Part shown: in pieces, positions 26,689 to 35,329 of the stretch
Numbering within the stretch: the stretch's first letter is position 1
Layout: each line of letters begins with the position of its first letter
Notes under the pieces: model-generated
Told to the model about the DNA's origin: nothing
Seen by the model: only the letters and a program-made list of their open reading frames with translations
The model's database searches: none
Source of the DNA: Prosthecobacter sp.
GTDB taxonomy: Bacteria; Verrucomicrobiota; Verrucomicrobiia; Verrucomicrobiales; Verrucomicrobiaceae
Reading direction: 5' to 3'
DNA: 64,000 bases
Assembly (NCBI RefSeq): GCF_044236155.1
Contig: NZ_JBIIHA010000008.1
Span: 65,353 to 129,352, forward strand
Position numbers and translations under genes: made by a program

Positions 26689-27443
26689 GACGTTGTGAAC
26701 GCCTCCATCGCCACCTCGATGAACATCACCTGCGCGCGCACACGCTTTTCGAGATCAAACTCCGACGGCGTTTCAAATGTCAGCGTCACCGGGCAGCCGC
26801 GCACATGCAGTTCGATCGCCTCCGGCATGCCGGGCAGATGCGTCGGAAGTGTGCGACGGCGGATCACACCGTTTTTGGCCCGCTGCCCGTCGATTTTCGT
26901 TCGCAAATCGGGCGCGATCACACGCGAGCAACGATCAATAATGCTGTGACCGGTTGTCTGTCGCGCATGATTGAGCTCATAGAGGTAGATGCCTTGCGCG
27001 TCATAATCCTCGTGCAGGCACAAACCGAAACGCATCGCTCTTCCGGTGATCCAGCGCTGCCACGGCCCGCAGATCACATCCTCCGCATCGTGAAAACGGC
27101 GGTTGATGTCGATGCCGCGATGATCCACCCGCGTGTTCAGCGTTAAACCAACTGGATTGAGGCACGGCGCGATCAGAAACGCGCCGCTTTTCAATTCGCG
27201 CGCATGCTTCTCCGCCCATGCCAGCAATCCCCACGCCGCCCCCGGCTCGTCGCCATGCACGCCGCTGGACAAATAAGCCGCCGCCACGCCCTCTCGCGCC
27301 GCCGCCGACTCAATGGCGAGCACAGGCACTCCCTCCACCTCGCAGAGCGTCCGCACCTTGCATCCGGTCTTGCGTGCAAGCACACGCCAGCGCTGGATGA
27401 GATGCCGCGCGTCGTGCGCGCGATGGTTGGGGAGCAGCTTCAC
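26685..27443 (-). CDS. M14-type zinc carboxypeptidase / succinylglutamate desuccinylase-aspartoacylase superfamily protein
   Basis: LSSGVHGDEPGAAWGLL provides the HxxE zinc ligands, and LCLHEDYD a downstream His. The ORF start is GTG at 27443, with no in-frame ATG nearby. No signal peptide is evident. Confidence 0.7.
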   Translation of the reverse strand: MKLLPNHRAHDARHLIQRWRVLARKTGCKVRTLCEVEGVPVLAIESAAAREGVAAAYLSSGVHGDEPGAAWGLLAWAEKHARELKSGAFLIAPCLNPVGLTLNTRVDHRGIDINRRFHDAEDVICGPWQRWITGRAMRFGLCLHEDYDAQGIYLYELNHARQTTGHSIIDRCSRVIAPDLRTKIDGQRAKNGVIRRRTLPTHLPGMPEAIELHVRGCPVTLTFETPSEFDLEKRVRAQVMFIEVAMEAFTTS

Positions 27444-27470
27444 GTGCGTGAGAATGGCCGGGCTTCTTCA

Positions 27471-27495
27471 TTCGTCATTCTGATTTCGCTATTTC
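27471..27495 (+). repeat. Short form of the TTCGTCATTC-type repeat unit
   Basis: TTCGTCATTC TGATTTC GCTATTTC lies in the 284-nt divergent intergenic region, sense to the PSD1 gene that starts 233 nt downstream. Confidence 0.55.
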
Positions 27496-27727
27496 ACCCT
27501 CCTGACATCACCTAAACACGGCCTGCCCGGTCTAAAAATTCCTTTTCATGGCAAAAGCATCGCCCAACACCCTCCTGAGACCTAACTCGACTGGTCGAAC
27601 AACTTGGGCATCGTTGCGAGCGCGGATGCGCTGGTGCATACGACCGCTCATGAAGAGGGCGAGAACCGGGAGCATTTTTGCCAATTTTGGCGTCCAAAAG
27701 CGTTCTTCTCTAGCCTAATTAAGCCAG

Positions 27728-30700
27728 ATGAACCGCTCCAGCATTTTCCGCCCCCTTTTCTTGCTCTCCAGCCTTGCCGTCGGCCATTGGTCCGCTGCGG
27801 CGGATGATGATGCGCAGCGGGCGGCGATGACGTTTTTCGAGAAGGAGGTTCGGCCGATCCTGGTGACCCGCTGCTACGAGTGCCACAGCAACACGAAGCA
27901 GAAGGGCGGCCTGCGGGTGGACCACATCGGCTACCTCAAGACGGGCGGTGACACGGGCCCGGCGGTGGTGCCGGGGCAGCCATCGAAGTCGCCGCTGATG
28001 GAGGCGATTCGCTGGACGAATGAGGATTTCCAAATGCCGCCGAAGAACAATGGCGGGAAGATGCCGGACGCGGAGATCGCGATCCTGGAGAAGTGGATTC
28101 AAATCGGTGCGCCGTGGCCGGAGGATGGCTCGAAGAAGGTGGTGGTGACGGAGGGAGGCTTCACGGAGGAGCAGCGGAATTACTGGTTCTTCCAGCCGGT
28201 GAAAAAGGTGTCGCCACCCGATGCGGGAGGCAAATGGGTGCGCAATGACATCGACCGCTTCATCGCGGCGAAGCAGGCGGAGATGAAGCTGAAACCCGCG
28301 CCGGAGGCCGATCGGCATGAACTAGCCCGTCGCGTGTATTTTGACCTGCACGGACTGCCGCCGACGAAGGAACAGATCGATGCCTTTGTGAACGACAAGG
28401 ACCCGAAGGCCTATGAGAAGCTCGTGGATGAGCTGCTGGCTTCGCCACGCTATGGTGAGCGCTGGGCGCAGCACTGGCTGGACCTCGTGCGCTATGCGGA
28501 GAGCGATGGTTACAACGCGGACGAGTATCGCCCGTCGGTGTGGCCGTATCGCGACTACGTCATCAAGTCGCTCAACGACGACAAGCCCTACAACCAGTTC
28601 GTCAAAGAGCAGCTCGCGGGTGATGAGATCGCGCCGAATGATCCGAACGTGCTCATCGCCACCGCTTTCCTGCGTCATCCGGTGTATGAATGGAACCAGC
28701 GCGATGCCCGCGGCCAGTGGGACATCATTCTCACCGACATGACGGACACCACGGGCGAGCTGTTCCTCGGCCTGAGCATGGGCTGTGCGCACTGCCACAA
28801 TCACAAGTTCGATCCCATCCTGCAAAAGGACTACTACCGCCTGCGGGCCTTCCTGGCACCGGTGCAATGGCGCGATGACATGACGCTGGCGACGACGGCA
28901 GAGAAGAAAGCTTTTGCCGAGCAGCAGACGAAGTGGGAGGCCGCCACGGCGGAGATTCGCGCGAAGATGGACGCGCTGACGAAGCCGCTGATCGAACCGA
29001 AGGTCGAGCGGGCACTCACACGCTTCACCGATGACCTGCAGGTGATGACGCGGAAGCCCGCGGACAAACGCGATGCACTGGAAAAGCAGCTCGCGGGTCT
29101 CGTCGAGCGCCAGATGACGGTGGAGCGCAAGCGCTTTGACCCGATGAAGAGCCTCAAAACGGACGAGCAGAAAGCGGAATACAAAGCGCTGGAAGAGGAA
29201 CTCAAAAAGTTCGATCACCTGAAGCCAAAGCCGCTGATGGAGGCCTTTGTGGCGACGGATGCGAGCCCGGTGGCGCCACCCGTTGCGATCAAGACACGCA
29301 AAGGCGAGCAGCAGATCGAGCCGGGCTTCCTCTCGATCATCGACACCAGCCTGCCGAAGATCAAAGCCACCAAGACCTCGACTGGTCGTCGCACCGCGCT
29401 GGCGGAGTGGATCACGCGACCTGACAACCAGCTCTCGACTCGCGTGATCGTGAACCGCGTTTGGCAGTATCACTTCGGGCGCGGCATCGTGGCCACCGCG
29501 AGCGATTTCGGCAAGCTGGGCGAGGCACCGACGCATCCTGAGCTGCTCGATTACCTCACGACGAAGTTTGTGAAGGGCGGTTGGCATCTGAAGCCTCTGC
29601 ATCGCGAGATCATGCTCTCCGCTGCTTATCGTCAAACGGCCCGCCAGGAGCCTGATGAGGTCGCTTCGAAGGTCGATCCATCGAACCGCTATCTCTGGCG
29701 CTTCAATCCGCGCCGTCTGGATGCCGAGCAGGTGCGCGATGCGTTGCTCGCGGTCAGCGGCGAACTCGATGCCGCTGCCGGTGGACCTGCTGGCGATGGC
29801 AACAGCACCCGTCGCTCGGTTTACACGATGAAGAAGCGCAACAATCCGAACGAGCTTCTTCGTGCGCTCGACATGCCAGCCGGCTTTGCGAGCACCGCCG
29901 AGCGTCAAAGCACCACCACGCCGACGCAGGCGCTGCAATTGCTCAATGGCGACTGGTTGCTCGCCCGTGCTCGGAAGCTCGCCTCCCGCGTGGAAGGTAT
30001 CGACGATGCGTGGATGGCCGTTTTGGGCCGTCCGCCGACTCCGAAGGAAAAAGCCACCGCCGAGGCCTTTTTGAAGAAACGGGCCGGAACGACCTCAGCG
30101 AAGGCTTCCGAGGCCGCTGACAACGGCGAAGGCTCCGAGGCCTTCAAAGAAAACAGCGCCCACGAGCGCCTGCTGATTAATACGAGCGAGAAAGAGGGCG
30201 ATGAGTTCAGCGTGGAAGCCGTCGCGAAGCTTAACAGCGTCGATGTGAATGCCTCCGTGCGCACCTTGGTGTCCCGCTGGAACGGCGGCAAAGACAGTCT
30301 TGAAGCCTTCGGCTGGAGCCTCGGCGTCACCGGCGAAAAGTCGCGCTACAAGCCGCGCAATGTGATCGTGCAGGTGGTGGGCGAGGATGAAAACTCGAAC
30401 ATCGGTTATCAGGTCGTGGCATCGAACATCCACATCGAGTTGGGGCGTCGCTATCACTTCGCGGCCCGTGTTTCCTGCACCGGCAAGAACATCACCTTCA
30501 CCGTGCGCGATCTCGACACGCCCGGCGCTGCCGTGCAATCCGCCGTAGTGCCGATGGACATCCGCTCGAAGCTCAGCCTCGGCTCCTCGCAGCTCGTCAT
30601 TGGCGGCCTGAACAAGCGCTCGCCCACGCATCAATGGGACGGCAACATCGAGGCCGTGCGCATCGCCACCGGCTATCTCGCCGACAAGACGCTGAACGCC

Positions 30701-30880
30701 GATCCGGAGAAATGGAGCGCTGGTTTCGTCATCTGGCGTGCCGCCGATGCGCTGAACTCGCAATACGCCTGGAGCGGTAGCGACGTGAAGAGCGTCGAAG
30801 AGGCCGATCCCTTCCGCCGGGCGATGAACGACCTCTGCCAGGTGCTGCTGAACACGAACGAATTCTTTTACCTGCATTGA
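27728..30880 (+). CDS. PSD1-type protein: Planctomycete cytochrome c (PSCyt1) + DUF1549 + DUF1553 with a LamG-like insertion
   Basis: A signal peptide is present. EKEVRPILVTRCYECHSNTKQKGGLRVD is PSCyt1, and FLGLSMGCAHCHNHKFDPILQKDYYRLRAFL is the end of DUF1549. VNRVWQYHFGRGIVATASDFG marks DUF1553. Residues ~800-1000 are concanavalin/LamG-like. The C-terminus reads NTNEFFYLH. Confidence 0.9.
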   Translation: MNRSSIFRPLFLLSSLAVGHWSAAADDDAQRAAMTFFEKEVRPILVTRCYECHSNTKQKGGLRVDHIGYLKTGGDTGPAVVPGQPSKSPLMEAIRWTNEDFQMPPKNNGGKMPDAEIAILEKWIQIGAPWPEDGSKKVVVTEGGFTEEQRNYWFFQPVKKVSPPDAGGKWVRNDIDRFIAAKQAEMKLKPAPEADRHELARRVYFDLHGLPPTKEQIDAFVNDKDPKAYEKLVDELLASPRYGERWAQHWLDLVRYAESDGYNADEYRPSVWPYRDYVIKSLNDDKPYNQFVKEQLAGDEIAPNDPNVLIATAFLRHPVYEWNQRDARGQWDIILTDMTDTTGELFLGLSMGCAHCHNHKFDPILQKDYYRLRAFLAPVQWRDDMTLATTAEKKAFAEQQTKWEAATAEIRAKMDALTKPLIEPKVERALTRFTDDLQVMTRKPADKRDALEKQLAGLVERQMTVERKRFDPMKSLKTDEQKAEYKALEEELKKFDHLKPKPLMEAFVATDASPVAPPVAIKTRKGEQQIEPGFLSIIDTSLPKIKATKTSTGRRTALAEWITRPDNQLSTRVIVNRVWQYHFGRGIVATASDFGKLGEAPTHPELLDYLTTKFVKGGWHLKPLHREIMLSAAYRQTARQEPDEVASKVDPSNRYLWRFNPRRLDAEQVRDALLAVSGELDAAAGGPAGDGNSTRRSVYTMKKRNNPNELLRALDMPAGFASTAERQSTTTPTQALQLLNGDWLLARARKLASRVEGIDDAWMAVLGRPPTPKEKATAEAFLKKRAGTTSAKASEAADNGEGSEAFKENSAHERLLINTSEKEGDEFSVEAVAKLNSVDVNASVRTLVSRWNGGKDSLEAFGWSLGVTGEKSRYKPRNVIVQVVGEDENSNIGYQVVASNIHIELGRRYHFAARVSCTGKNITFTVRDLDTPGAAVQSAVVPMDIRSKLSLGSSQLVIGGLNKRSPTHQWDGNIEAVRIATGYLADKTLNADPEKWSAGFVIWRAADALNSQYAWSGSDVKSVEEADPFRRAMNDLCQVLLNTNEFFYLH

Positions 30881-30946
30881 GAACGTCATGCCTGCGAGGG
30901 ATTTCCCCCGCTTGACCGTTGGGGGCCGTGTCGTTAGTCTCGCCCC

Positions 30947-31267
30947 ATGATCTCCCGGAAAGCCATCCAGCAATACTGCGACGCCATCGCGGCCGCGTTC
31001 AAGCCACGGAAGATCATTCTTTTTGGCTCCTATGCCTATGGCACGCCTGATGAGGACTCTGATGTGGATGTGATGGTGGTGATGCCCAAGAATCGCTTCC
31101 GGCGGGACCTGGGCTTCAAGATGCGGATGAAAGTGCCTGCCTCATTTCCCGTGGATGTGCTCGTGGAGCCTGAAGACCGGCTTCATGCGCGCATCCTGGA
31201 CCGTGAATCCTTCATCCTCGACATTACCGAAAAGGGGAGGGTTATGTATGAAGGCGTCCACGCGTGA
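30947..31267 (+). CDS. Nucleotidyltransferase-domain protein (MNT-type antitoxin)
   Basis: ILFGSYAYGTPDEDSDVDVMVV is the GS...DxD minimal nucleotidyltransferase motif. The protein is 106 aa and overlaps the downstream HEPN gene by 20 nt. Confidence 0.85.
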   Translation: MISRKAIQQYCDAIAAAFKPRKIILFGSYAYGTPDEDSDVDVMVVMPKNRFRRDLGFKMRMKVPASFPVDVLVEPEDRLHARILDRESFILDITEKGRVMYEGVHA

Positions 31268-31628
31268 GTGGATCAAAAAAGCGGAATCTGACTGGCTGCT
31301 GGCAGTCTCTTTGATGCGGCGGCGCAAGCCTCCCGTCAGGGACCAGGTTTGTTTCCACTTCCAGCAGTCGGCGGAGAAGTATGTGAAGGCACGCATGGAG
31401 GAAGCAGGCATCCGAATCCCGCGAATCCACCAGATCGACCAACTCATCCAGCTGGTGTTGGGTATCGAACCACTCTGGTCTGCCCTCATGTCGGCGGCCA
31501 GCCGCATCAGTGACTACGCGGTGCGCATCCGCTACCCCGGAAATGAGGCCACGGCAGCCGAGATGAAGCGATGCCATGCGGACGCGAAAGCCATTCGGGC
31601 GGAAGCACGAACGGCTTTGGGACTGTGA
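31248..31628 (+). CDS. HEPN domain protein (toxin of a HEPN-MNT pair)
   Basis: ATG 31248 gives MKASTREWIKKAESDWLLAV...FHFQQSAEKYVKA...ISDYAVRIRYPG, a PF05168-type HEPN pattern ending in xRYP. Confidence 0.85.
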   Translation: MKASTREWIKKAESDWLLAVSLMRRRKPPVRDQVCFHFQQSAEKYVKARMEEAGIRIPRIHQIDQLIQLVLGIEPLWSALMSAASRISDYAVRIRYPGNEATAAEMKRCHADAKAIRAEARTALGL

Positions 31629-31727
31629 TCGGAAGCTTGGATGCGATTTTTTGTGTCAAAAAACGGGTCGTGACGGCCTTTAGGTGAGGAAGAGAGCTTC
31701 CATACCCCGTTTAAACCCACCACCACC

Positions 31728-33134
31728 ATGCGCTGCAATCGTTACGACCACCCCACGTCGCGTCGCGACTTCCTGCAAACGGCCGGCTGCGGCTTTGGCT
31801 CGGTCGCTTTGGCAGCGCTCATGGGTCAGGAGCAGGCCAGCGCGGCGCCGCTGCGTGTCGCGCATCGCCCGGCGAAGGCGAAGAGCGTCATCTTCCTCTT
31901 CATGGAAGGCGGCCCGAGCCATCTCGACACCTTCGACTACAAGCCTCTGCTGAACAAACTCGCCGGCCAGTCGCTGCCCGCCAGCTTCAAGGCACCCATC
32001 ACCGCGATGGGCGAGACGAAATCGCCGATCCTCGAGTGCAAGCGCACCTGGAAGCAGCATGGGCAGGGCGGTTTGTGGATCTCCGATTGGTTCAGCAACG
32101 TCGCGATGCATGCCGATGACCTCGCGGTGATTCACTCGTGTGCCTCCAGCGGTATCAATCATGCCGGCGGCGTGTGCTCGATGAACACCGGCTCCGTCTT
32201 CGGAGGTCGTCCCTCGCTCGGTGCGTGGGCGCAGTATGGGCTCGGCACCACGAACAGCAATTTGCCCGGCTTTGTCGTCATCAAGGACAGCGAAGGCACC
32301 GTGGTTAATGGCGTGCGCAACTGGGGCAACGGCTTCATGCCTGCCGTGTATCAAGGCGTGGAGTTCAGCTCCGAAGGCACGCCGATCAAATACCTCGACA
32401 ACCCCAAAGGCGTCGATCGCGTGCGCCAGCGCGACAAGCTGGACCTGCTCGGTGCTTTGAACCGCGACTACAACGCGTCACGTGCGAGCAACACCGAGCT
32501 CGATGCCCGCATCAAAGGCTACGAACTTGCCTATCAAATGCAGGCTGAGGCACCTGAAGCCGTCGATTTGAGCAAAGAGAGTGAAGCCACGAAGAAGCTC
32601 TACGGCATGGACAACGAGGCCACGGCCGTTTTTGGCCGCAACTGCCTCCTCGCGCGTCGTCTCGTCGAAAATGGCGTGCGCTTTGTGCAGCTCTACAGCG
32701 GTGCAGGCAGCAAGTGGGATGCTCACAAAGGCATCGAGGTGAATCACGGCAAATATTGCAACTCCGTCGATAAACCGATCGCGGGCTTGCTCTCCGATTT
32801 GAAGGCCCGCGGCCTGCTCGATGAGACGCTCGTCATCTGGGGTGGTGAATTCGGTCGCACGCCGATGTCCGAGCAGGGCGACGGACGCGACCACAATCCC
32901 ACGGGCTTCACCATGTGGATGGCCGGCGGCGGCGTGAAAGGCGGTCAGACCTACGGCGCGACCGACGACCTCGGCTTGTATGCCGTCGAGGACCGTCTGC
33001 ATGTCCACTCGATCCACGCGACGATCCTTTACCTGCTCGGCATCGATCACACCAAGCTCACCTACAACCACAAAGGCCTCCCCGAACGCATCGACCAGAA
33101 CGAAGGGCATCCTTTGACGCGGTTGTTGGGGTGA
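31728..33134 (+). CDS. DUF1501 domain protein (Tat signal)
   Basis: SRRDFLQTAGCGFGSVALAALMG is a Tat leader. VIFLFMEGGPSHLDTFDYKP and DHNPTGFTMWMAGGGVKGG are conserved blocks shared with the other copies. Confidence 0.9.
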   Translation: MRCNRYDHPTSRRDFLQTAGCGFGSVALAALMGQEQASAAPLRVAHRPAKAKSVIFLFMEGGPSHLDTFDYKPLLNKLAGQSLPASFKAPITAMGETKSPILECKRTWKQHGQGGLWISDWFSNVAMHADDLAVIHSCASSGINHAGGVCSMNTGSVFGGRPSLGAWAQYGLGTTNSNLPGFVVIKDSEGTVVNGVRNWGNGFMPAVYQGVEFSSEGTPIKYLDNPKGVDRVRQRDKLDLLGALNRDYNASRASNTELDARIKGYELAYQMQAEAPEAVDLSKESEATKKLYGMDNEATAVFGRNCLLARRLVENGVRFVQLYSGAGSKWDAHKGIEVNHGKYCNSVDKPIAGLLSDLKARGLLDETLVIWGGEFGRTPMSEQGDGRDHNPTGFTMWMAGGGVKGGQTYGATDDLGLYAVEDRLHVHSIHATILYLLGIDHTKLTYNHKGLPERIDQNEGHPLTRLLG

Positions 33135-33200
33135 TATCGTTTCGTTGTCGTTTCAGGTTCAGCACGGCTAAAACGCTGCTCCAAGTTCGTATGCTCATAC

Positions 33201-33986
33201 ATGCGACCCTCGAACAAACGTCTGTTATTGCTGCTTGCCTGCCTCTGCACATTCACCGCAGGCACTTACGCGGCCAACATTGTCATCATGGTCGTCGAGG
33301 ACCCGAATAACTACGAAGCACCGCGCACCATGCGCGACTTCGCCGAGAAGCAGCTCCGGCCGCTCGGTCATCAGGTCACGATCATCGATGGCGACAAGCC
33401 GCAGCCGCATCACTTTGCCGGACTCGTCGAAGCGCTGAAGGACGCGGATTTGCTCGTGCTGTTCTCACGCCGTCGTTTCCCGCCGAAGGATCAAATGGCC
33501 GCCATCCGCGCTCATCTCGATGCAGGGAAACCACTTCTCGGCATCCGCACCGCAAACCACGCCTTCATCCCGAAGCCCAAGGAGGTCATCGATCCCAGCC
33601 TCGTGCCCTGGCCGGAGTTCACCGACGAAGTCCTCGGCGCTCCGAATACCGGCTACGAAACCAAAGGCCTACCCTACACGGTCAGCATCGCCCTAGGAGC
33701 TGAAAACAGCCCGCTGCTCGTCGGAGTGAATCCCGCGAACATCCTCGGTGCCCAATCCCTCTACAAAGTGCTCCCGCTCGTCGCTGATGTTACCCCGCTA
33801 CTCATCGGCAAAGCCAAGACGGACACCAGCCCGCCCATGCCCATCGCTTGGACACGCACTTATGGCGAAAAGAAGGCTCCCGTCTTCTACACCAGCCTCG
33901 GTGCGCCGGAAGACATGCAGATCGCGGATGTGCGTCGTTTGCTTGTCAATGCCGTGAAGTGGACTCTGAACCCCAAAGCTCGATGA
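33201..33986 (+). CDS. ThuA-like domain protein (class-I glutamine-amidotransferase-like fold), secreted
   Basis: A signal peptide is present. NIVIMVVEDPNNYEA...DADLLVLFSRRR...LDAGKPLLGIRTANHAF resembles the ThuA layout. The assignment is from memory. Confidence 0.55.
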   Translation: MRPSNKRLLLLLACLCTFTAGTYAANIVIMVVEDPNNYEAPRTMRDFAEKQLRPLGHQVTIIDGDKPQPHHFAGLVEALKDADLLVLFSRRRFPPKDQMAAIRAHLDAGKPLLGIRTANHAFIPKPKEVIDPSLVPWPEFTDEVLGAPNTGYETKGLPYTVSIALGAENSPLLVGVNPANILGAQSLYKVLPLVADVTPLLIGKAKTDTSPPMPIAWTRTYGEKKAPVFYTSLGAPEDMQIADVRRLLVNAVKWTLNPKAR

Positions 33987-35329
33987 AGGCCTTTTGTTAC
34001 TTGATATTGATCTACTCCCTCGTCACCCGGCTTGGTGCGCAAACACTCGATCTGGGCGGAGTGAAAGTCGCGTTGGAAAGCTATTCAGGTCCGGCGAAGG
34101 TCAGCGCGACGAACTTGGACAAGTTCAAGCTGCGGGTGCAGGTCGAGCGCATGGGGGAATCGCAGCCGCTGAGTGTGCGGGTCGAGCTGCCGAATTCAGG
34201 ACGCAACGTCTGGCCTGCGAATGATGTGGAGGTGCGTGACGAGGCTGGCGACGCGATGCTGGTGCGGCGCTCTGGCATCGAATGGGAAATTCTCCTCGTG
34301 TCTGTGGCTGACAAGATCAGCGCGTTCGTCTTGCAGGCCGTTCCGCCGGCGGTGCCGCTGCCACGCAGCACGTCGGACAAGGAACGCGTCATCCAGGATG
34401 CCACGAGCGGTGCGCAGGTGCGCATCGCGAACTGGCCACAGGGCCGCACCGCCGCGCTGAGCATCCGTTTTGACGACTCGCATCCCACGCACCTCCGCAA
34501 AGCCATCCCGATCCTGCGCGAATACGGCTTCAAAGGCACTTTCATGGTCAATCCCGGTCCGAAAGAACCTGGAAGCCGTCAAAACTACTCATTCGAAACG
34601 CAGCACGCCGAATGGGAGGCCGTGATGAAGCAGGGCGACATGGAGCTGGCAAACCACTCCGCGCATCATCGCGGCGCGAAGGGTGATGACGACATGGATC
34701 GCGAGATCGGCGGTGCCGCGGAGGCGATTTGGAAACTCACGCCGGGCAAGAGCAAGCTCACGGCTCTCAATCTCGGCGGCGGCACACTCTGGGAGACGAC
34801 ACGCACGCTTCGGCACTACCTTGACAAGTATCATCAGTTTGACGCCTCCAGCGGCTCGCTCGGCATGGATGACAGCTATGGCGGACGTGTGGAGGCTTTT
34901 CGCAAGGCGCTCGAAACCCATCTCCAGCGCGGCCTCTGGTGCCGCGTGCATTACCACTACATCGGCGAGGGACTCAGCAGCAGCGAGGCACACTTCCGCG
35001 CCGCGCTCGACATCGCCAAAGAGCATCAGGACAAGCTCTGGATCGCCGGCATGGCGGACATCCACAAGTATCAAACCGAACGCAGCAGTTCGAAGCTCAC
35101 GCTGGTGAAATCAGATTCAAACAGCCTCGCCTTCCAGCTCGATTGCCCCACCGACGCGGCGCTCTACGACCAGCCGCTGACCCTCGAACTCAGCCCGCCT
35201 GAGTCATGGAAGTCCGCTCAGATCCTCCTCCGTGATGCCAAAGGACAAACGATCAACGCAGCCGACAGTCATCTGCGCTTCGAGGTCTCTCCACACTCAT
35301 CGTCCTTTGTCATTCAGGCCACGCCATGA
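33983..35329 (+). CDS. Polysaccharide deacetylase (CE4) family protein, secreted
   Basis: ATG 33983 overlaps the previous stop (ATGA) and gives MKAFCYLILIYSLVTRLGAQ. The CE4-like motifs are ALSIRFDDSHPTH and ELANHSAHH. Confidence 0.7.
   Translation: MKAFCYLILIYSLVTRLGAQTLDLGGVKVALESYSGPAKVSATNLDKFKLRVQVERMGESQPLSVRVELPNSGRNVWPANDVEVRDEAGDAMLVRRSGIEWEILLVSVADKISAFVLQAVPPAVPLPRSTSDKERVIQDATSGAQVRIANWPQGRTAALSIRFDDSHPTHLRKAIPILREYGFKGTFMVNPGPKEPGSRQNYSFETQHAEWEAVMKQGDMELANHSAHHRGAKGDDDMDREIGGAAEAIWKLTPGKSKLTALNLGGGTLWETTRTLRHYLDKYHQFDASSGSLGMDDSYGGRVEAFRKALETHLQRGLWCRVHYHYIGEGLSSSEAHFRAALDIAKEHQDKLWIAGMADIHKYQTERSSSKLTLVKSDSNSLAFQLDCPTDAALYDQPLTLELSPPESWKSAQILLRDAKGQTINAADSHLRFEVSPHSSSFVIQATP

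Noticed and set aside
27512-27697. A 61-aa minus-strand ORF in the 284-nt divergent intergenic region.
   Set aside because: It has no motif, an Arg/Ser/Pro-rich composition and no plausible initiation context. The region is more likely a promoter/UTR for the two divergent genes.
33135-33200. TCGTTTCGTTGTCGTTTCAGGTTC upstream of the ThuA-like gene, considered as a repeat-family member.
   Set aside because: It resembles only the AGGTTTC module of the unit and could be chance in a T/C-rich leader. I left it uncalled.
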